From assembly GCA_045533905.1 (NCBI GenBank), contig JAZSIR010000016.1:9803-73802 (forward strand): DNA of 64,000 nucleotides. The letters run 5' to 3'. The stretch is from Clostridia bacterium (GTDB lineage Bacteria > Bacillota > Clostridia > UMGS1883 > UMGS1540). Below are positions 9,133 to 19,164 of the stretch, piece by piece. The notes beneath the pieces were generated by a model. It was not told the DNA's origin. It worked only from the letters and a program-made list of their open reading frames with translations, and did not search any database. How positions within the stretch are numbered: the stretch's first letter is position 1; every line of letters starts with the position of its first letter. The translations under genes and the position numbers were made by a program.

Positions 9133-9894
9133 CTAGTATAAAAGGTCAGATACCGTGGCCGAGGCACTGTGCCGAAGTGCCTCGGAAACGGCCGTCTCTG
9201 TGAGCATTTTCCCACTGCCGCGCACGCGGAAGCGGGCGTGATAAAAAGGGGAAAAGGCGTGCGAAAGTGATAAAAGCGAATCCTCTTTTGAAACGATAAA
9301 GGTACGTTTTTTGTGACTACCTGCCGCTTTCTTTTGCAGAATAGGGGAGGAAAGCGGAATCAGTCGTCTCTGCATAAGCAGAAGCGTGGCAATGGCGGCT
9401 AAAAACGGCGAAGGAAGCCGAAAGGCAAAATAGAAAAGCCCCGCACTGATAAAAAGCGCGGTGCGGCGTAAAATGCGGTTTCCGCGAAAGGTGCCGAAAA
9501 TCCGCCAGAGAAAAAGCCGGAAGAGCCGGCCGCCGTCAAGCGGCAAGGCAGGCAGAAGATTGATACAGAATAGTGTGCCGTTTATGCGACCGATGGCAGT
9601 ATCCCGAAAAAGAAAAAAGAGAAGAAGACTGCCGAGAGGACCCGCGAGCACGACTTTCATTTCCGCCGAAAGAGAGGACTTTCCAAGCCGCAGATGGCAG
9701 CCGTAGGGCAGAAGCGCAACGGACAGAACCGGCACGCGGAGCACGCGTGCGGTCATATAGTGGCACCCTTCGTGTACTGCCGCAAAGAAGAGGGCAAGCC
9801 ACAGCTGTGCACCCTCGGGCGAAAAGAAAGAAAGCGCGGCTAAAAGCAAAAGGCCCACGTGTAAATACACATGGCGAAAGATGCGTATATACAT
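9133..9894 (-). CDS. M50-family site-2 metalloprotease (SpoIVFB-like)
   Basis: HExxH (AAVHEGCHY) and LLPALPLDGG motifs in a polytopic membrane protein. Confidence 0.7.
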   Translation of the reverse strand: MYIRIFRHVYLHVGLLLLAALSFFSPEGAQLWLALFFAAVHEGCHYMTARVLRVPVLSVALLPYGCHLRLGKSSLSAEMKVVLAGPLGSLLLFFLFRDTAIGRINGTLFCINLLPALPLDGGRLFRLFLWRIFGTFRGNRILRRTALFISAGLFYFAFRLPSPFLAAIATLLLMQRRLIPLSSPILQKKAAGSHKKRTFIVSKEDSLLSLSHAFSPFYHARFRVRGSGKMLTETAVSEALRHSASATVSDLLY

Positions 9895-10027
9895 AGGAAA
9901 AACACCTCTTTCTAAAAAATATGCAGCTTTTTTAAAAAAAAGAAGGATTTTTTAATTTTGTGGCGAATACTGCTATGGTATTTTAATAGGAAGAAAAAGA
10001 ATGAGAAAAATGAAAGGAGTGATTCAC

Positions 10028-12652
10028 ATGGCAAATAAGTATGTTTATTTGTTTAGTGAAGGCGATGCGAGCATGCGTAACCTCCTCGGTGGTAAGGGCG
10101 CAAACCTCGCAGAAATGACGAAACTCGGCATGCCTGTTCCGCAGGGCTTTACCGTAACGACGGAGGCATGCACACGTTACTATGAAGATGGTAAACGAAT
10201 TCATGAAGATATCCAGGCAGAAATCATGGAATACATCGGCAAGATGGAGAAAGTTACCGGCAAAAAGTTCGGCGATATGGAAAATCCGCTTCTGGTTTCC
10301 GTTCGTTCCGGTGCACGTGCTTCCATGCCGGGCATGATGGACACGATTTTGAACCTCGGTTTAAACGAAGATGTTGTAGAAGCACTTTCTGCAAAGAGCG
10401 GCAATCCGCGCTGGGCTTGGGACTGCTACCGTCGCTTCATCCAGATGTACTCGGATGTTGTTATGGAAGTAGGTAAGAAGTACTTCGAACAGCTTATCGA
10501 CATTATGAAGGAAAAGAAGGGCATCACGCAGGACGTGGACCTTACTGCTGACGATTTAAAGGAACTGGCAAGCCAGTTTAAAGCCGAATACAAGGCAAAA
10601 ATCGGCGCTGACTTCCCGACAGATCCGAAGGAACAGCTCATGGGCGCGATCCAAGCTGTTTTCCGTTCTTGGGACAACCCCCGTGCAAACATCTACCGTC
10701 GTGACAACGATATCCCGTATGACTGGGGTACAGCTGTTAACGTACAGATGATGGCATTCGGTAACATGGGCGAAACCTCCGGTACAGGCGTTGCCTTTAC
10801 CCGTAACCCCGCAACCGGCGAAAAGAAACTCTTCGGTGAGTTCCTTATGAACGCACAGGGTGAAGACGTTGTTGCCGGTGTTCGCACACCGCAGAAGATT
10901 GACCAGTTAAAAGAAGTTATGCCGGAAGTTTACGAAGAATTCACAAAAATTTGCGGCAAGCTGGAATCGCACTACAGAGATATGCAGGATATGGAGTTTA
11001 CGATTGAAGATAAGAAGCTCTATATGCTCCAGACAAGAAACGGTAAGAGAACAGCCGCAGCTGCTCTTAAGATTGCTTGCGACCTTGTAGACGAAGGTAT
11101 GATTTCCGAAAAGGAAGCCGTTTTGATGATCGACCCGAGAAACCTTGACACGCTTCTCCATCCGCAGTTTGACCGTGCAACGCTTGATAAGGTAGAACCC
11201 TTAGGCCGCGCACTTGCTGCATCTCCCGGTGCTGCTTGCGGTAAGGTTGTTTTCACGGCAGATGATGCCAAGGCATGGGCAGAACGTGGCGAAAAGGTTG
11301 TTCTCGTTCGTCTTGAAACCTCTCCGGAAGACATCGAAGGTATGAAAGCCTCCCAGGGTATTCTCACCGTTCGCGGCGGTATGACCTCCCACGCAGCTGT
11401 TGTTGCCCGTGGTATGGGTACCTGCTGTGTATCCGGTTGCTCGGCCATTGCAATGGACGAAGAAAATAAGGTATTCACACTCGCCGGCAAGACCTTCCAC
11501 GAAGGCGATGAAATTTCGATTGACGGTTCTACCGGCTGCATCTACGATGGTCTCATCCCGACAGTGGACGCTTCCATCGGCGGTGAATTCGGCAGAATCA
11601 TGGATTGGGCTGACAGCTACAGAGTGCTCAAGGTTCGCACCAATGCAGATACACCGGAAGATGCCGCACGTGCAAGAAGCCTCGGTGCAGAAGGTATTGG
11701 CCTTTGCCGTACAGAACATATGTTCTTTGAAGCAGATAGAATTGCCGCTATCCGCGAAATGATCTGCTCCGATACAAAGGAACAGAGAGAAGCCGCACTT
11801 GCAAAGCTCGAACCGATGCAGCAGGGCGACTTTGAAAAGCTCTACGAAGTAATGGAAGGCTACGGCGTTACCATTCGTTTCCTCGACCCGCCGCTCCATG
11901 AATTCGTTCCCACAGAAGAAAAGGACATTGAAGCACTTGCCAAAACACAGGGCAAAACGGTTGAGGAAATCAAGACCATTATTGCTTCTCTCCACGAGTT
12001 CAACCCGATGATGGGTCACCGTGGCTGCCGCCTTGCCGTAACATATCCGGAAATTGCAGCTATGCAGACCCGTGCCGTTATCAAGGCCGCTATCAACGTT
12101 TCGAAGAGAAAGAACGTAAAGATTGTTCCGGAAATTATGATTCCGCTCGTAGGCGAAATCAAAGAACTTGCATTTGTTAAGAAGGTTGTTGTGGAAACGG
12201 CTGACGCTGTTATCCGCGAGCTGGGCGCAGATATTACCTACACAGTAGGTACAATGATTGAAATCCCGCGTGCAGCACTCACAGCTGACGAAATCGCCAA
12301 GGAAGCAGAATTCTTCTCCTTTGGTACAAACGACCTTACGCAGATGACCTTCGGCTTCTCTCGTGACGATGCCGGCAAGTTCCTCGATGCCTACTATGAC
12401 ACGAAGATTTACGAACATGACCCGTTTGCAAAGATTGACCAAAAGGGTGTTGGTAAACTCGTGAAGATGGCAGCTACGCTCGGCCGTGAAACCCGCCCCG
12501 ACATTAAGCTCGGTATCTGCGGCGAACATGGTGGCGACCCGTCTACCGTAGAGTTCTGCCATAAGGTAGGACTCACCTACGTATCCTGCTCGCCGTTCCG
12601 CGTGCCGATTGCACGTCTTGCAGCAGCACAGGCAAAACTCCGCGAAGAATAA
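10028..12652 (+). CDS. ppdK: pyruvate, phosphate dikinase
   Basis: MANKYVYLFSEG…GGKGANLAEM…, phosphohistidine domain GGMTSHAAVVARG, C-terminal PEP-utilising domain; RBS AAAGGAG. The ORF track start 10001 is probably too early. Confidence 0.9.
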   Translation: MANKYVYLFSEGDASMRNLLGGKGANLAEMTKLGMPVPQGFTVTTEACTRYYEDGKRIHEDIQAEIMEYIGKMEKVTGKKFGDMENPLLVSVRSGARASMPGMMDTILNLGLNEDVVEALSAKSGNPRWAWDCYRRFIQMYSDVVMEVGKKYFEQLIDIMKEKKGITQDVDLTADDLKELASQFKAEYKAKIGADFPTDPKEQLMGAIQAVFRSWDNPRANIYRRDNDIPYDWGTAVNVQMMAFGNMGETSGTGVAFTRNPATGEKKLFGEFLMNAQGEDVVAGVRTPQKIDQLKEVMPEVYEEFTKICGKLESHYRDMQDMEFTIEDKKLYMLQTRNGKRTAAAALKIACDLVDEGMISEKEAVLMIDPRNLDTLLHPQFDRATLDKVEPLGRALAASPGAACGKVVFTADDAKAWAERGEKVVLVRLETSPEDIEGMKASQGILTVRGGMTSHAAVVARGMGTCCVSGCSAIAMDEENKVFTLAGKTFHEGDEISIDGSTGCIYDGLIPTVDASIGGEFGRIMDWADSYRVLKVRTNADTPEDAARARSLGAEGIGLCRTEHMFFEADRIAAIREMICSDTKEQREAALAKLEPMQQGDFEKLYEVMEGYGVTIRFLDPPLHEFVPTEEKDIEALAKTQGKTVEEIKTIIASLHEFNPMMGHRGCRLAVTYPEIAAMQTRAVIKAAINVSKRKNVKIVPEIMIPLVGEIKELAFVKKVVVETADAVIRELGADITYTVGTMIEIPRAALTADEIAKEAEFFSFGTNDLTQMTFGFSRDDAGKFLDAYYDTKIYEHDPFAKIDQKGVGKLVKMAATLGRETRPDIKLGICGEHGGDPSTVEFCHKVGLTYVSCSPFRVPIARLAAAQAKLREE

Positions 12653-12662
12653 GATGAACCTT

Positions 12663-12699
12663 AAAAAGGCCTTGTTGGTTTTCCAACAAGGCCTTTTTG
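12663..12699 (+). terminator. rho-independent terminator after ppdK
   Basis: AAAAAGGCCTTGTTGG-tttt-CCAACAAGGCCTTTTT. Confidence 0.85.
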
Positions 12700-12704
12700 C
12701 ATAT

Positions 12705-12774
12705 TTGACAAGACATTTGACTATGTGACATGTCTTGTCGGAGTATTGTAAGCTGAAAGTGGGATTGGTATAAT
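12705..12774 (+). promoter_or_regulatory. sigma-A-like promoter (TTGTAA-17-TATAAT, 12746-12774) preceded by a perfect 10-bp inverted-repeat operator candidate (GACAAGACAT-N13-ATGTCTTGTC, 12707-12739) that overlaps a TTGACA
   Basis: Read directly from the sequence; 35 nt upstream of the BNR gene start. Confidence 0.5.
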
Positions 12775-12809
12775 AGACATAGAATCACACATTCGGAGGA
12801 GGAAGCAGT

Positions 12810-14192
12810 ATGGCATATACATGTAAAAGTTGGGAGCCACTTTGGGACTATTATTTCATTGACAAAGAGAAAACCACGGCCCGCCTTAGCGTGAATAGGC
12901 TGCAGAAGCAGGAGGTTATGTTTGAATATAAACTTCCGCACGGGCGTGAAATTTTTTATCCTGTTATTTTTAAGGACGGCGATATTTACCGTATGTACTA
13001 CGGCTCAGGGTTCCGATACAAGGACCCCGAAACCGGAAAACTGAACGAGGATAATACAATGGGTTGCTACGCCGAAAGCCGCGACGGGAAAACTTGGGAA
13101 TTCCCGAATCTCGGTATTTATGGCGACAACAATATCATTATTGATTATCCCGGTGAGCCGTTCGGCGGTTTTTGTGCGTTTCGTGACGAGAACCCCGATT
13201 GCCCGCCCGAAAGCCGTTATAAGGCGATTATGCGTGTAGAGGACGGATGCAAGGTGTTCGCCGAAGGCGGTACGCTTGCGGCCTTTATAAGTGCCGACGG
13301 CATCCACTTTGAAAGAATCGAAAATATCGCCAAAGAACCGGGCAAGTTCGATTCTTTGAATACGGTCTTTTGGGACAAATACGATAAAGAATATAAGATT
13401 TTCTACCGCGACTTTGATAACGGCAGAAGAAACATCAAGATGATGACCTCGAAAGACTTTAAGACATGGGAAAGACATGGCTTCATTCAGTTTGATGACG
13501 ATGTGAAGTTTGCGCTTTACACGAATAATATCCGAAGATATTCTTCGGCACCCCACATGTTTATCGGTCTGCCTGTAAGATATGAAGACCGCGGAGAAAC
13601 CTGGTCGCCCTCGCATGATGCACTTCCTGACGTCGAGTCCAGAAAGTGGCGCTATAGCCTGCATCCACGTGCCGGCACCACAATGACGGATACGGTGTTC
13701 ATGACTTCGCGCGATGGTCTCCATTGGCATAAGTTCAATGAAGCGATTTGCGACGCCGGCTATGAAGCACCGCGCACATGGAAATATGGCGATCTCTATT
13801 TCAGCTACGGCTTTATTGAGGACGAAACAGAGCTCAGCCTCTTCTGTTCCGACTCCACTATAGAGGGCGATTACACGGCGTTTGTCCGCTACTCTATCCG
13901 CCGCGACGGCTTCGCCTCGTTTAAGAGCGGCTGGGAGAAATCTTGTCTCGTAACAAAACCGATGATTCTCGGCGGCGATACGATGTTCTTGAATTTCCGC
14001 ACAAGCGGCTCGGGCACCATCCGCATCAAAATCACCGATGCGGAAGGCAACACCGCGCAGAGCTGCGATATTTTCGGAAATAACGTGCACCGCGAAATTG
14101 TGTTTGATAAACCGCTTTCTGATTTTGCGGGTAAAGAAGTTACTATGGAAATGGAACTGCAGGATGCGGAAGTATTTGCTTTTGGCTTCTAA
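12810..14192 (+). CDS. BNR/Asp-box repeat beta-propeller protein (sialidase/glycosidase-like), no signal peptide
   Basis: Two Asp-boxes (SRDGKTW, SRDGLHW); RBS GGAGGAGG; C-terminal beta-sandwich-like region. Confidence 0.6.
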   Translation: MAYTCKSWEPLWDYYFIDKEKTTARLSVNRLQKQEVMFEYKLPHGREIFYPVIFKDGDIYRMYYGSGFRYKDPETGKLNEDNTMGCYAESRDGKTWEFPNLGIYGDNNIIIDYPGEPFGGFCAFRDENPDCPPESRYKAIMRVEDGCKVFAEGGTLAAFISADGIHFERIENIAKEPGKFDSLNTVFWDKYDKEYKIFYRDFDNGRRNIKMMTSKDFKTWERHGFIQFDDDVKFALYTNNIRRYSSAPHMFIGLPVRYEDRGETWSPSHDALPDVESRKWRYSLHPRAGTTMTDTVFMTSRDGLHWHKFNEAICDAGYEAPRTWKYGDLYFSYGFIEDETELSLFCSDSTIEGDYTAFVRYSIRRDGFASFKSGWEKSCLVTKPMILGGDTMFLNFRTSGSGTIRIKITDAEGNTAQSCDIFGNNVHREIVFDKPLSDFAGKEVTMEMELQDAEVFAFGF

Positions 14193-14204
14193 TTTGAAAA
14201 TAAT

Positions 14205-14229
14205 AAAAGGACGCGAGCGCGTCCTTTTG
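14205..14229. terminator. bidirectional terminator
   Basis: AAAAGGACGCG-ag-CGCGTCCTTTT. Confidence 0.8.
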
Positions 14230-14748
14230 TTATTTTCTTTTTTTCAGAAGCGGCAGAATATCATATCGAACCGTGGCAATCATAATCGACGAGAACAAAA
14301 AAGTCTCCGTAATCATGCCGGGGTAGGAATGATATACATAGTTATAAATAAACCAAAGTGGCGAAGACGGGGCGGAAACAAGCCGCACAAGCCGCGGATT
14401 CTTCACCCAGAAGGCAATCGTAGTCAGAAGAATTGCTACGATGGGGAGAAGGCTGATGGCGCCGTCCCAGAAGAAAATGCCAACGGCAATGAAAATACCG
14501 CAGAATAGGAAAAACCAGCCGTGATGCGCAGCCCATGCCTTATCTTGATTCGAAAAAACAATAGCACGGAAAATGCCGATGCCGTTTAAAATCGAACCGA
14601 GCGGTGCTCGCAGCATATAAAAATGTACGCAGAAGAACACGGATGAAATAATCTGCAGCGTTACCACGCGCTTTTGCGTAGGCTGCTGAAAGGATATCAT
14701 CGAGATGATAAGGGCAATGACGCCAATGCCCTGTGCAATATAAAACAT
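14230..14748 (-). CDS. YgjV-like inner-membrane protein
   Basis: ~170-aa polytopic membrane protein with a YgjV-like N-terminus (…QGIGVIALIISMISFQQ…); RBS AAGGAGAAAG. Confidence 0.5.
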   Translation of the reverse strand: MFYIAQGIGVIALIISMISFQQPTQKRVVTLQIISSVFFCVHFYMLRAPLGSILNGIGIFRAIVFSNQDKAWAAHHGWFFLFCGIFIAVGIFFWDGAISLLPIVAILLTTIAFWVKNPRLVRLVSAPSSPLWFIYNYVYHSYPGMITETFLFSSIMIATVRYDILPLLKKRK

Positions 14749-14786
14749 AGCTTTCTCCTTGCGTTTTTTTTGTGAAAACCCGTTCG

Positions 14787-16232
14787 TTATTCACCTTCGT
14801 AGAACACGCAGGGCGTTTCTTCTCCCAAAAGTTCCGTTATGGTTTTCTCGGCACCGTCGAAGGGTTTTACGCCGTCATAGATCCAGCCGAGAGCGCCGTC
14901 GCGTCTTTGAATATAGACATTATCAAAGGTGCGGATTTTCTTGTCGTTTTCGTTTGCATAGCGGACGATACCGCCGGCACAGCGGTCAAAAATGTTATTG
15001 TAAGCAATGTGGTTTTCCGTATCCCGGCAAAGCCCGAAGCTGTTGAAAAGTGCGGCCGCATTTTCTCTGCCGCGGCTTCCCCAGCCATACCCGCCGAGGC
15101 GCAGGATATTATGATGTATACGGACGTTGTGAACATATCGTACATTGTCCGGCGTTTCCATATTGTAGAATTCTATGGACCAATGGCAAAACTCGCAAAG
15201 ATTGCCGACGTACCGGATATCATCCATAAGGGAAGTGGGAGGTATTTGTGAACACTGATGGGTAATGGCAGTGTCGTAGATCTGATATATCCAGTTACCG
15301 TACACATAGAAGCCGTCACAACCGCCGAAGGATTCCACGGCATTGCCGAGGCCTACCGTCCGCTTGTTTTTATCGTATACTCTCCATATAGAGCCGCCCA
15401 GATAGCAGAATATGCAGTTGCGGACCGTTACATTTTTTCTTCCGTCAAGACCTGAAACTGCACAGCGCCCCACATATTTGATAAGGAGGTTATCAAACGT
15501 GATGTCCTCCTGTGCATTCGGGGTTGCGTGGATGAGGTTATAATCTTCACCGAATTCTATGCTGTCATACACCTCGCCGGGATTGCCTTTGTCACAATAC
15601 AGATATGTAATTGCCTCGTCCGGATTGCTGTGAAAATTAAACTCTTTGCAAAGCTGATGCGGCCCTTCAAAGCCGTCTTTCCCGAGGAGGTTGCGGTAGC
15701 ACATAATCTCGTCATACTTACCGAGCACATCCGAATGGTTAATGGCGATCATACCTACATTATTGGAGCACAGGTCGGTATACCAAACATTTTCATATTC
15801 GCTCTTTTTCCAGTATTCCGGTTTGGCATAGTTTCTGTAAGAACCGTAGAGACGGGGCTTTTGCCCCGTGCCATATGCGGAGAAGGTCATATGGGAGTGG
15901 GGGATTTGGATTTCTCCGCGCCAGATGCCACCGCGCTTAAAGAGGATATTGCACCCGGCAAATGTTTTCTCGGGGTCGTTTACATTTTTAAGCGTCTGCC
16001 AGGCGGTGGCAGGTGTTCTGCCGTCATTGTTATCATCGCCGGCATTGGAAATGTAAAAGCACGGGAGAGAAGCATCATATTCGCTGGGCGAATTGGTGAT
16101 TTCCTGTTTCATTTTTTCGGCAACCGTATCAATTCCGCTTTCAAAATCAGTATAGGTCTTATAATTTTGCATAAGCAGTTCATCGATGCAGGTTACCGCA
16201 TTTTTGGTGCTTTCGGGCATACTGATTTTCAT
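14787..16232 (-). CDS. right-handed parallel beta-helix (pectin-lyase-fold) repeat protein, no signal peptide
   Basis: NAGDDNNDGRTPATAWQTL entry motif typical of beta-helix glycosidases/lyases; RBS GGAGGGA. Confidence 0.6.
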   Translation of the reverse strand: MKISMPESTKNAVTCIDELLMQNYKTYTDFESGIDTVAEKMKQEITNSPSEYDASLPCFYISNAGDDNNDGRTPATAWQTLKNVNDPEKTFAGCNILFKRGGIWRGEIQIPHSHMTFSAYGTGQKPRLYGSYRNYAKPEYWKKSEYENVWYTDLCSNNVGMIAINHSDVLGKYDEIMCYRNLLGKDGFEGPHQLCKEFNFHSNPDEAITYLYCDKGNPGEVYDSIEFGEDYNLIHATPNAQEDITFDNLLIKYVGRCAVSGLDGRKNVTVRNCIFCYLGGSIWRVYDKNKRTVGLGNAVESFGGCDGFYVYGNWIYQIYDTAITHQCSQIPPTSLMDDIRYVGNLCEFCHWSIEFYNMETPDNVRYVHNVRIHHNILRLGGYGWGSRGRENAAALFNSFGLCRDTENHIAYNNIFDRCAGGIVRYANENDKKIRTFDNVYIQRRDGALGWIYDGVKPFDGAEKTITELLGEETPCVFYEGE

Positions 16233-16243
16233 TTCAGTCCCTC

Positions 16244-18271
16244 CTATAATTTTCTGGATTTCCGTTTTTCTGTAAGTTCCTCTGCCACCATTTCCTTCTG
16301 GAAGAAACGGCCGCGCGTAAAGGGGAAGGGGGCCGGTGCACCTTCTTTATATAACGCAAGGATAGCTTCCACCTCTTTTCGGGTTTCCGTAGTAAACCGC
16401 AAAACAAAGGCATGGATATCTGCGTTTTGCAGAGTATGCAGCTTATCGAGCATATAAAGCGGCCGCGCGTTTAAAACCTCGTTTCGGTGCGGATACGCGC
16501 AAAGAACAGGGAAAACATTTCCCTTTGCATCGGTCAGCGGATAGGTGCGCCTAGCGCCGTGGCAAGTATCGTGCACTTTTGCGAGGCAGTTTTCCATCGT
16601 CATCAGCGTGTGCCGCCCGTATATCATAACAGAGAGCGGCAGGGGCTTTTTCATCGCACGGATTTGTGAGGCGAGAAGCTCAGGTGATGCCATGACAGAC
16701 TCCGTATCCGCCAAAAGCGCCGTCTGTGCATTCAAAATATGAAGGCCCGCGCCGCCGTGCGGCACAAAGCCCATCTCGCGGCAAAGCGTGCTTTGCCCGA
16801 TGGTTTGACACATCACGTCCCGAATTCCAAATTCCCGGATGCGAAGAAGCTGTTTTTTCACGGGCTCTGCTTCTTCATCAAAAAAGATAGTCGGGAGAAT
16901 GGCACCCGCGGGACGGCTGATAGGCCGATCAATCGAAAAAAGCGGAAGCCATATAAAATCGGCATCCAAACCCTCGGGGATTTGCGAAAGGTTTGTAAAT
17001 ATGCAATGTGTTTCCGTTTTCTGCACGGGTTTATGTAGCACAGAAAGGGAGACAGATGTGGAGGCGTACGGAGAAACAGAAGCTTCCTCGAGCGCCGCAA
17101 GTCCGTCACGTCTTAGGGCATTTAGAGAAGAAGCTGAAAGATATAAATTCTCGCCAATCTCTGCCGAAATTTTGGCCGTATAAGGTGTGCCGCCAAGCTT
17201 TGCAAGCGATTTTTCAGCGGATTCCGCAGAAAGAGGACGAGCCTCGGCGGTGTCCGGTACAGCGCCTTGTACGGTGGCAGTATACACGCCGTCTGACACA
17301 GCAAGCACGCTCTCGCGGTTTGCCGCGACAGAAAGCTCCATAGAAAGCGGGATTTTGGGGGCCGACACCTCGGGTATCTCGAGGCGGGTAGAGGCGAGTT
17401 TATCTGCTTCCGTGCGGTAGCCGAACATTCTTTTACCGGTTTTACCGATGAAATAGCCGTCCGTAAACCCTTGTCTCGAGAAAAGATGCGTCAGAAAGTC
17501 CATTTCAGCCTTTGTGGCGGCACGTTTCTCGTCGATAAGGCGACGGTATACCGAGACAACACCACGCACGTATTCGGGCGATTTCAGCCTTCCTTCAATT
17601 TTGAGGGAGGCAATCGGAAGAGACAGAAGCTCCGGCATATGTCCGGCAAGGCATAAATCATGCAGACTTAAGGCGTAGCCGTTTTGATACCGATGGCGGC
17701 AGGGCTGTGCACAGGTGCCGCGGTTGCCGCTTCTTTGCGCTAGCATACTGCTGAAATAACATTGTCCCGAAAAAGAGACACAAAGAGCGCCGTGTATGAA
17801 AACCTCAATTTCAAGAGGGGAATTTCGGATAAGATCACGCGAGAAAGCTTCGCGCGCAAGGACTACGCGCTGAAAACCGAGTTCCTTCGCTCTTTCAATG
17901 CCGCGCGCGGAATGTATGGTCATCTGGGTGCTTGCATGCAGCGGCAAATCCAGTACCGTGCGGCGCAAAAGCGAGGCAAGGCCCACGTCCTGCACAATAA
18001 CGGCATCCACACCCGTTCCCGCAAGAAAGCGCGCGTACTGCGTCATTTCAGAAAGCTCCGCATCGGTAAGAAGCGTGTTTAGCGTAAGATACACCTTTTT
18101 GTGGCGTACGTGCGCATAGCGAACGGCCTCAAGAAGTGTTTCGTCTGTGAAGTTTTCGCCCGCGAGACGGGCGTTGTGGCGGCCGGCACCAAGATAGACG
18201 GCATCCGCCCCGGCATCGAGTGCGGCCCGGAGTGCCGCAAAGGAGCCGGCGGGAGCTAACAGCTCATGCAT
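16244..18271 (-). CDS. peptidase U32 family protein (long form with C-terminal extension)
   Basis: N-terminal U32 signature MHELLAPAGS…AVYLG…E(A)VRYAH…KVYLTLNTL…; RBS GGAGGCG. Confidence 0.8.
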   Translation of the reverse strand: MHELLAPAGSFAALRAALDAGADAVYLGAGRHNARLAGENFTDETLLEAVRYAHVRHKKVYLTLNTLLTDAELSEMTQYARFLAGTGVDAVIVQDVGLASLLRRTVLDLPLHASTQMTIHSARGIERAKELGFQRVVLAREAFSRDLIRNSPLEIEVFIHGALCVSFSGQCYFSSMLAQRSGNRGTCAQPCRHRYQNGYALSLHDLCLAGHMPELLSLPIASLKIEGRLKSPEYVRGVVSVYRRLIDEKRAATKAEMDFLTHLFSRQGFTDGYFIGKTGKRMFGYRTEADKLASTRLEIPEVSAPKIPLSMELSVAANRESVLAVSDGVYTATVQGAVPDTAEARPLSAESAEKSLAKLGGTPYTAKISAEIGENLYLSASSLNALRRDGLAALEEASVSPYASTSVSLSVLHKPVQKTETHCIFTNLSQIPEGLDADFIWLPLFSIDRPISRPAGAILPTIFFDEEAEPVKKQLLRIREFGIRDVMCQTIGQSTLCREMGFVPHGGAGLHILNAQTALLADTESVMASPELLASQIRAMKKPLPLSVMIYGRHTLMTMENCLAKVHDTCHGARRTYPLTDAKGNVFPVLCAYPHRNEVLNARPLYMLDKLHTLQNADIHAFVLRFTTETRKEVEAILALYKEGAPAPFPFTRGRFFQKEMVAEELTEKRKSRKL

Positions 18272-18288
18272 ATATACGCCTCCAGAGA

Positions 18289-19164
18289 TTATAAGAGCAA
18301 GGAAATCGCACGCGGATTATTCTGGATTTCAATCACATTTCCGCCGGATTCATATTCGCCGTCAAGCGACCAGGGAAAAATCTGATCCATCGTGAAGATA
18401 GCGTGCCGCATTTTGAAAAAGGTGATATATTCTGGGTTATACTGTCGCCGCAGAAGCGAAAAGAAAATCTGCTGAAAATCAAGGGGGGAGTGCGGCATAC
18501 GGATCAGCATAACTTCAAAGAGGCCGTCACTGTAGCTGACATCCTCGGGGGAAAGGCGAAGCATACCGCCGAGCGAGGTGGAGTTGGAAACGGCACCGAA
18601 CACATAGTCGCCGCTGAAGGTGGCACTGTCGGCCTCTACGGTCACATGACATGGGCGGATGTTCGGGATGTCGCGCATAGCCTCGAAAATATAGGCCATA
18701 TGCCCAAGACGGTTTTTGTTTTCCTGCGGCGCTTTATAAGAGGAATCGGTAAAAGCACCGAAGGAAGCTACATATGAAAAATGGCGGTTGCCGAACGAGC
18801 CGATATCAATCAGACGCGGCGTGCCGCTTTGGATGACCTTTGCCGCCGTTTCAATATCGCGCGGAATGCCAAGGCTTGCGGCAAAATCATTCGTCGTGCC
18901 GCAGGGGAGATAGCCGATTGGCGGGCGGGATTCAAGGCACATTATGCCGTTTATTACACGGTTTAAGGTGCCGTCACCGCCTGCGCAGACTACAAGGTCA
19001 AAGTCGGCGGCGTTTGCGGCCACATATGCCTCGGTTGTTTCGCCGTCCTTTGTGCAGTAGACAGAAATGGTATATTGGGAAAAGAGCGCTGGGATATCCA
19101 CATTCCCGGCGCGTGCTTTCCCGGCAACGGGATTGAGGACTAAAAGCATTTTCTTTTTTGGCAT
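18289..19164 (-). CDS. diacylglycerol kinase-family lipid kinase (YegS/DagK-like)
   Basis: LLVLNPVAGK…CAGGDGTLNRV…GTTNDFA; start MPKKK with RBS AAAGGAGGTG (ORF track start 19242 is too early). Confidence 0.75.
   Translation of the reverse strand: MPKKKMLLVLNPVAGKARAGNVDIPALFSQYTISVYCTKDGETTEAYVAANAADFDLVVCAGGDGTLNRVINGIMCLESRPPIGYLPCGTTNDFAASLGIPRDIETAAKVIQSGTPRLIDIGSFGNRHFSYVASFGAFTDSSYKAPQENKNRLGHMAYIFEAMRDIPNIRPCHVTVEADSATFSGDYVFGAVSNSTSLGGMLRLSPEDVSYSDGLFEVMLIRMPHSPLDFQQIFFSLLRRQYNPEYITFFKMRHAIFTMDQIFPWSLDGEYESGGNVIEIQNNPRAISLLL

Noticed and set aside
12573-12941. 122-aa minus-strand ORF overlapping the BNR promoter and 5' end
   Set aside because: No RBS; it overlaps a well-supported promoter and plus-strand CDS, and its composition is atypical.
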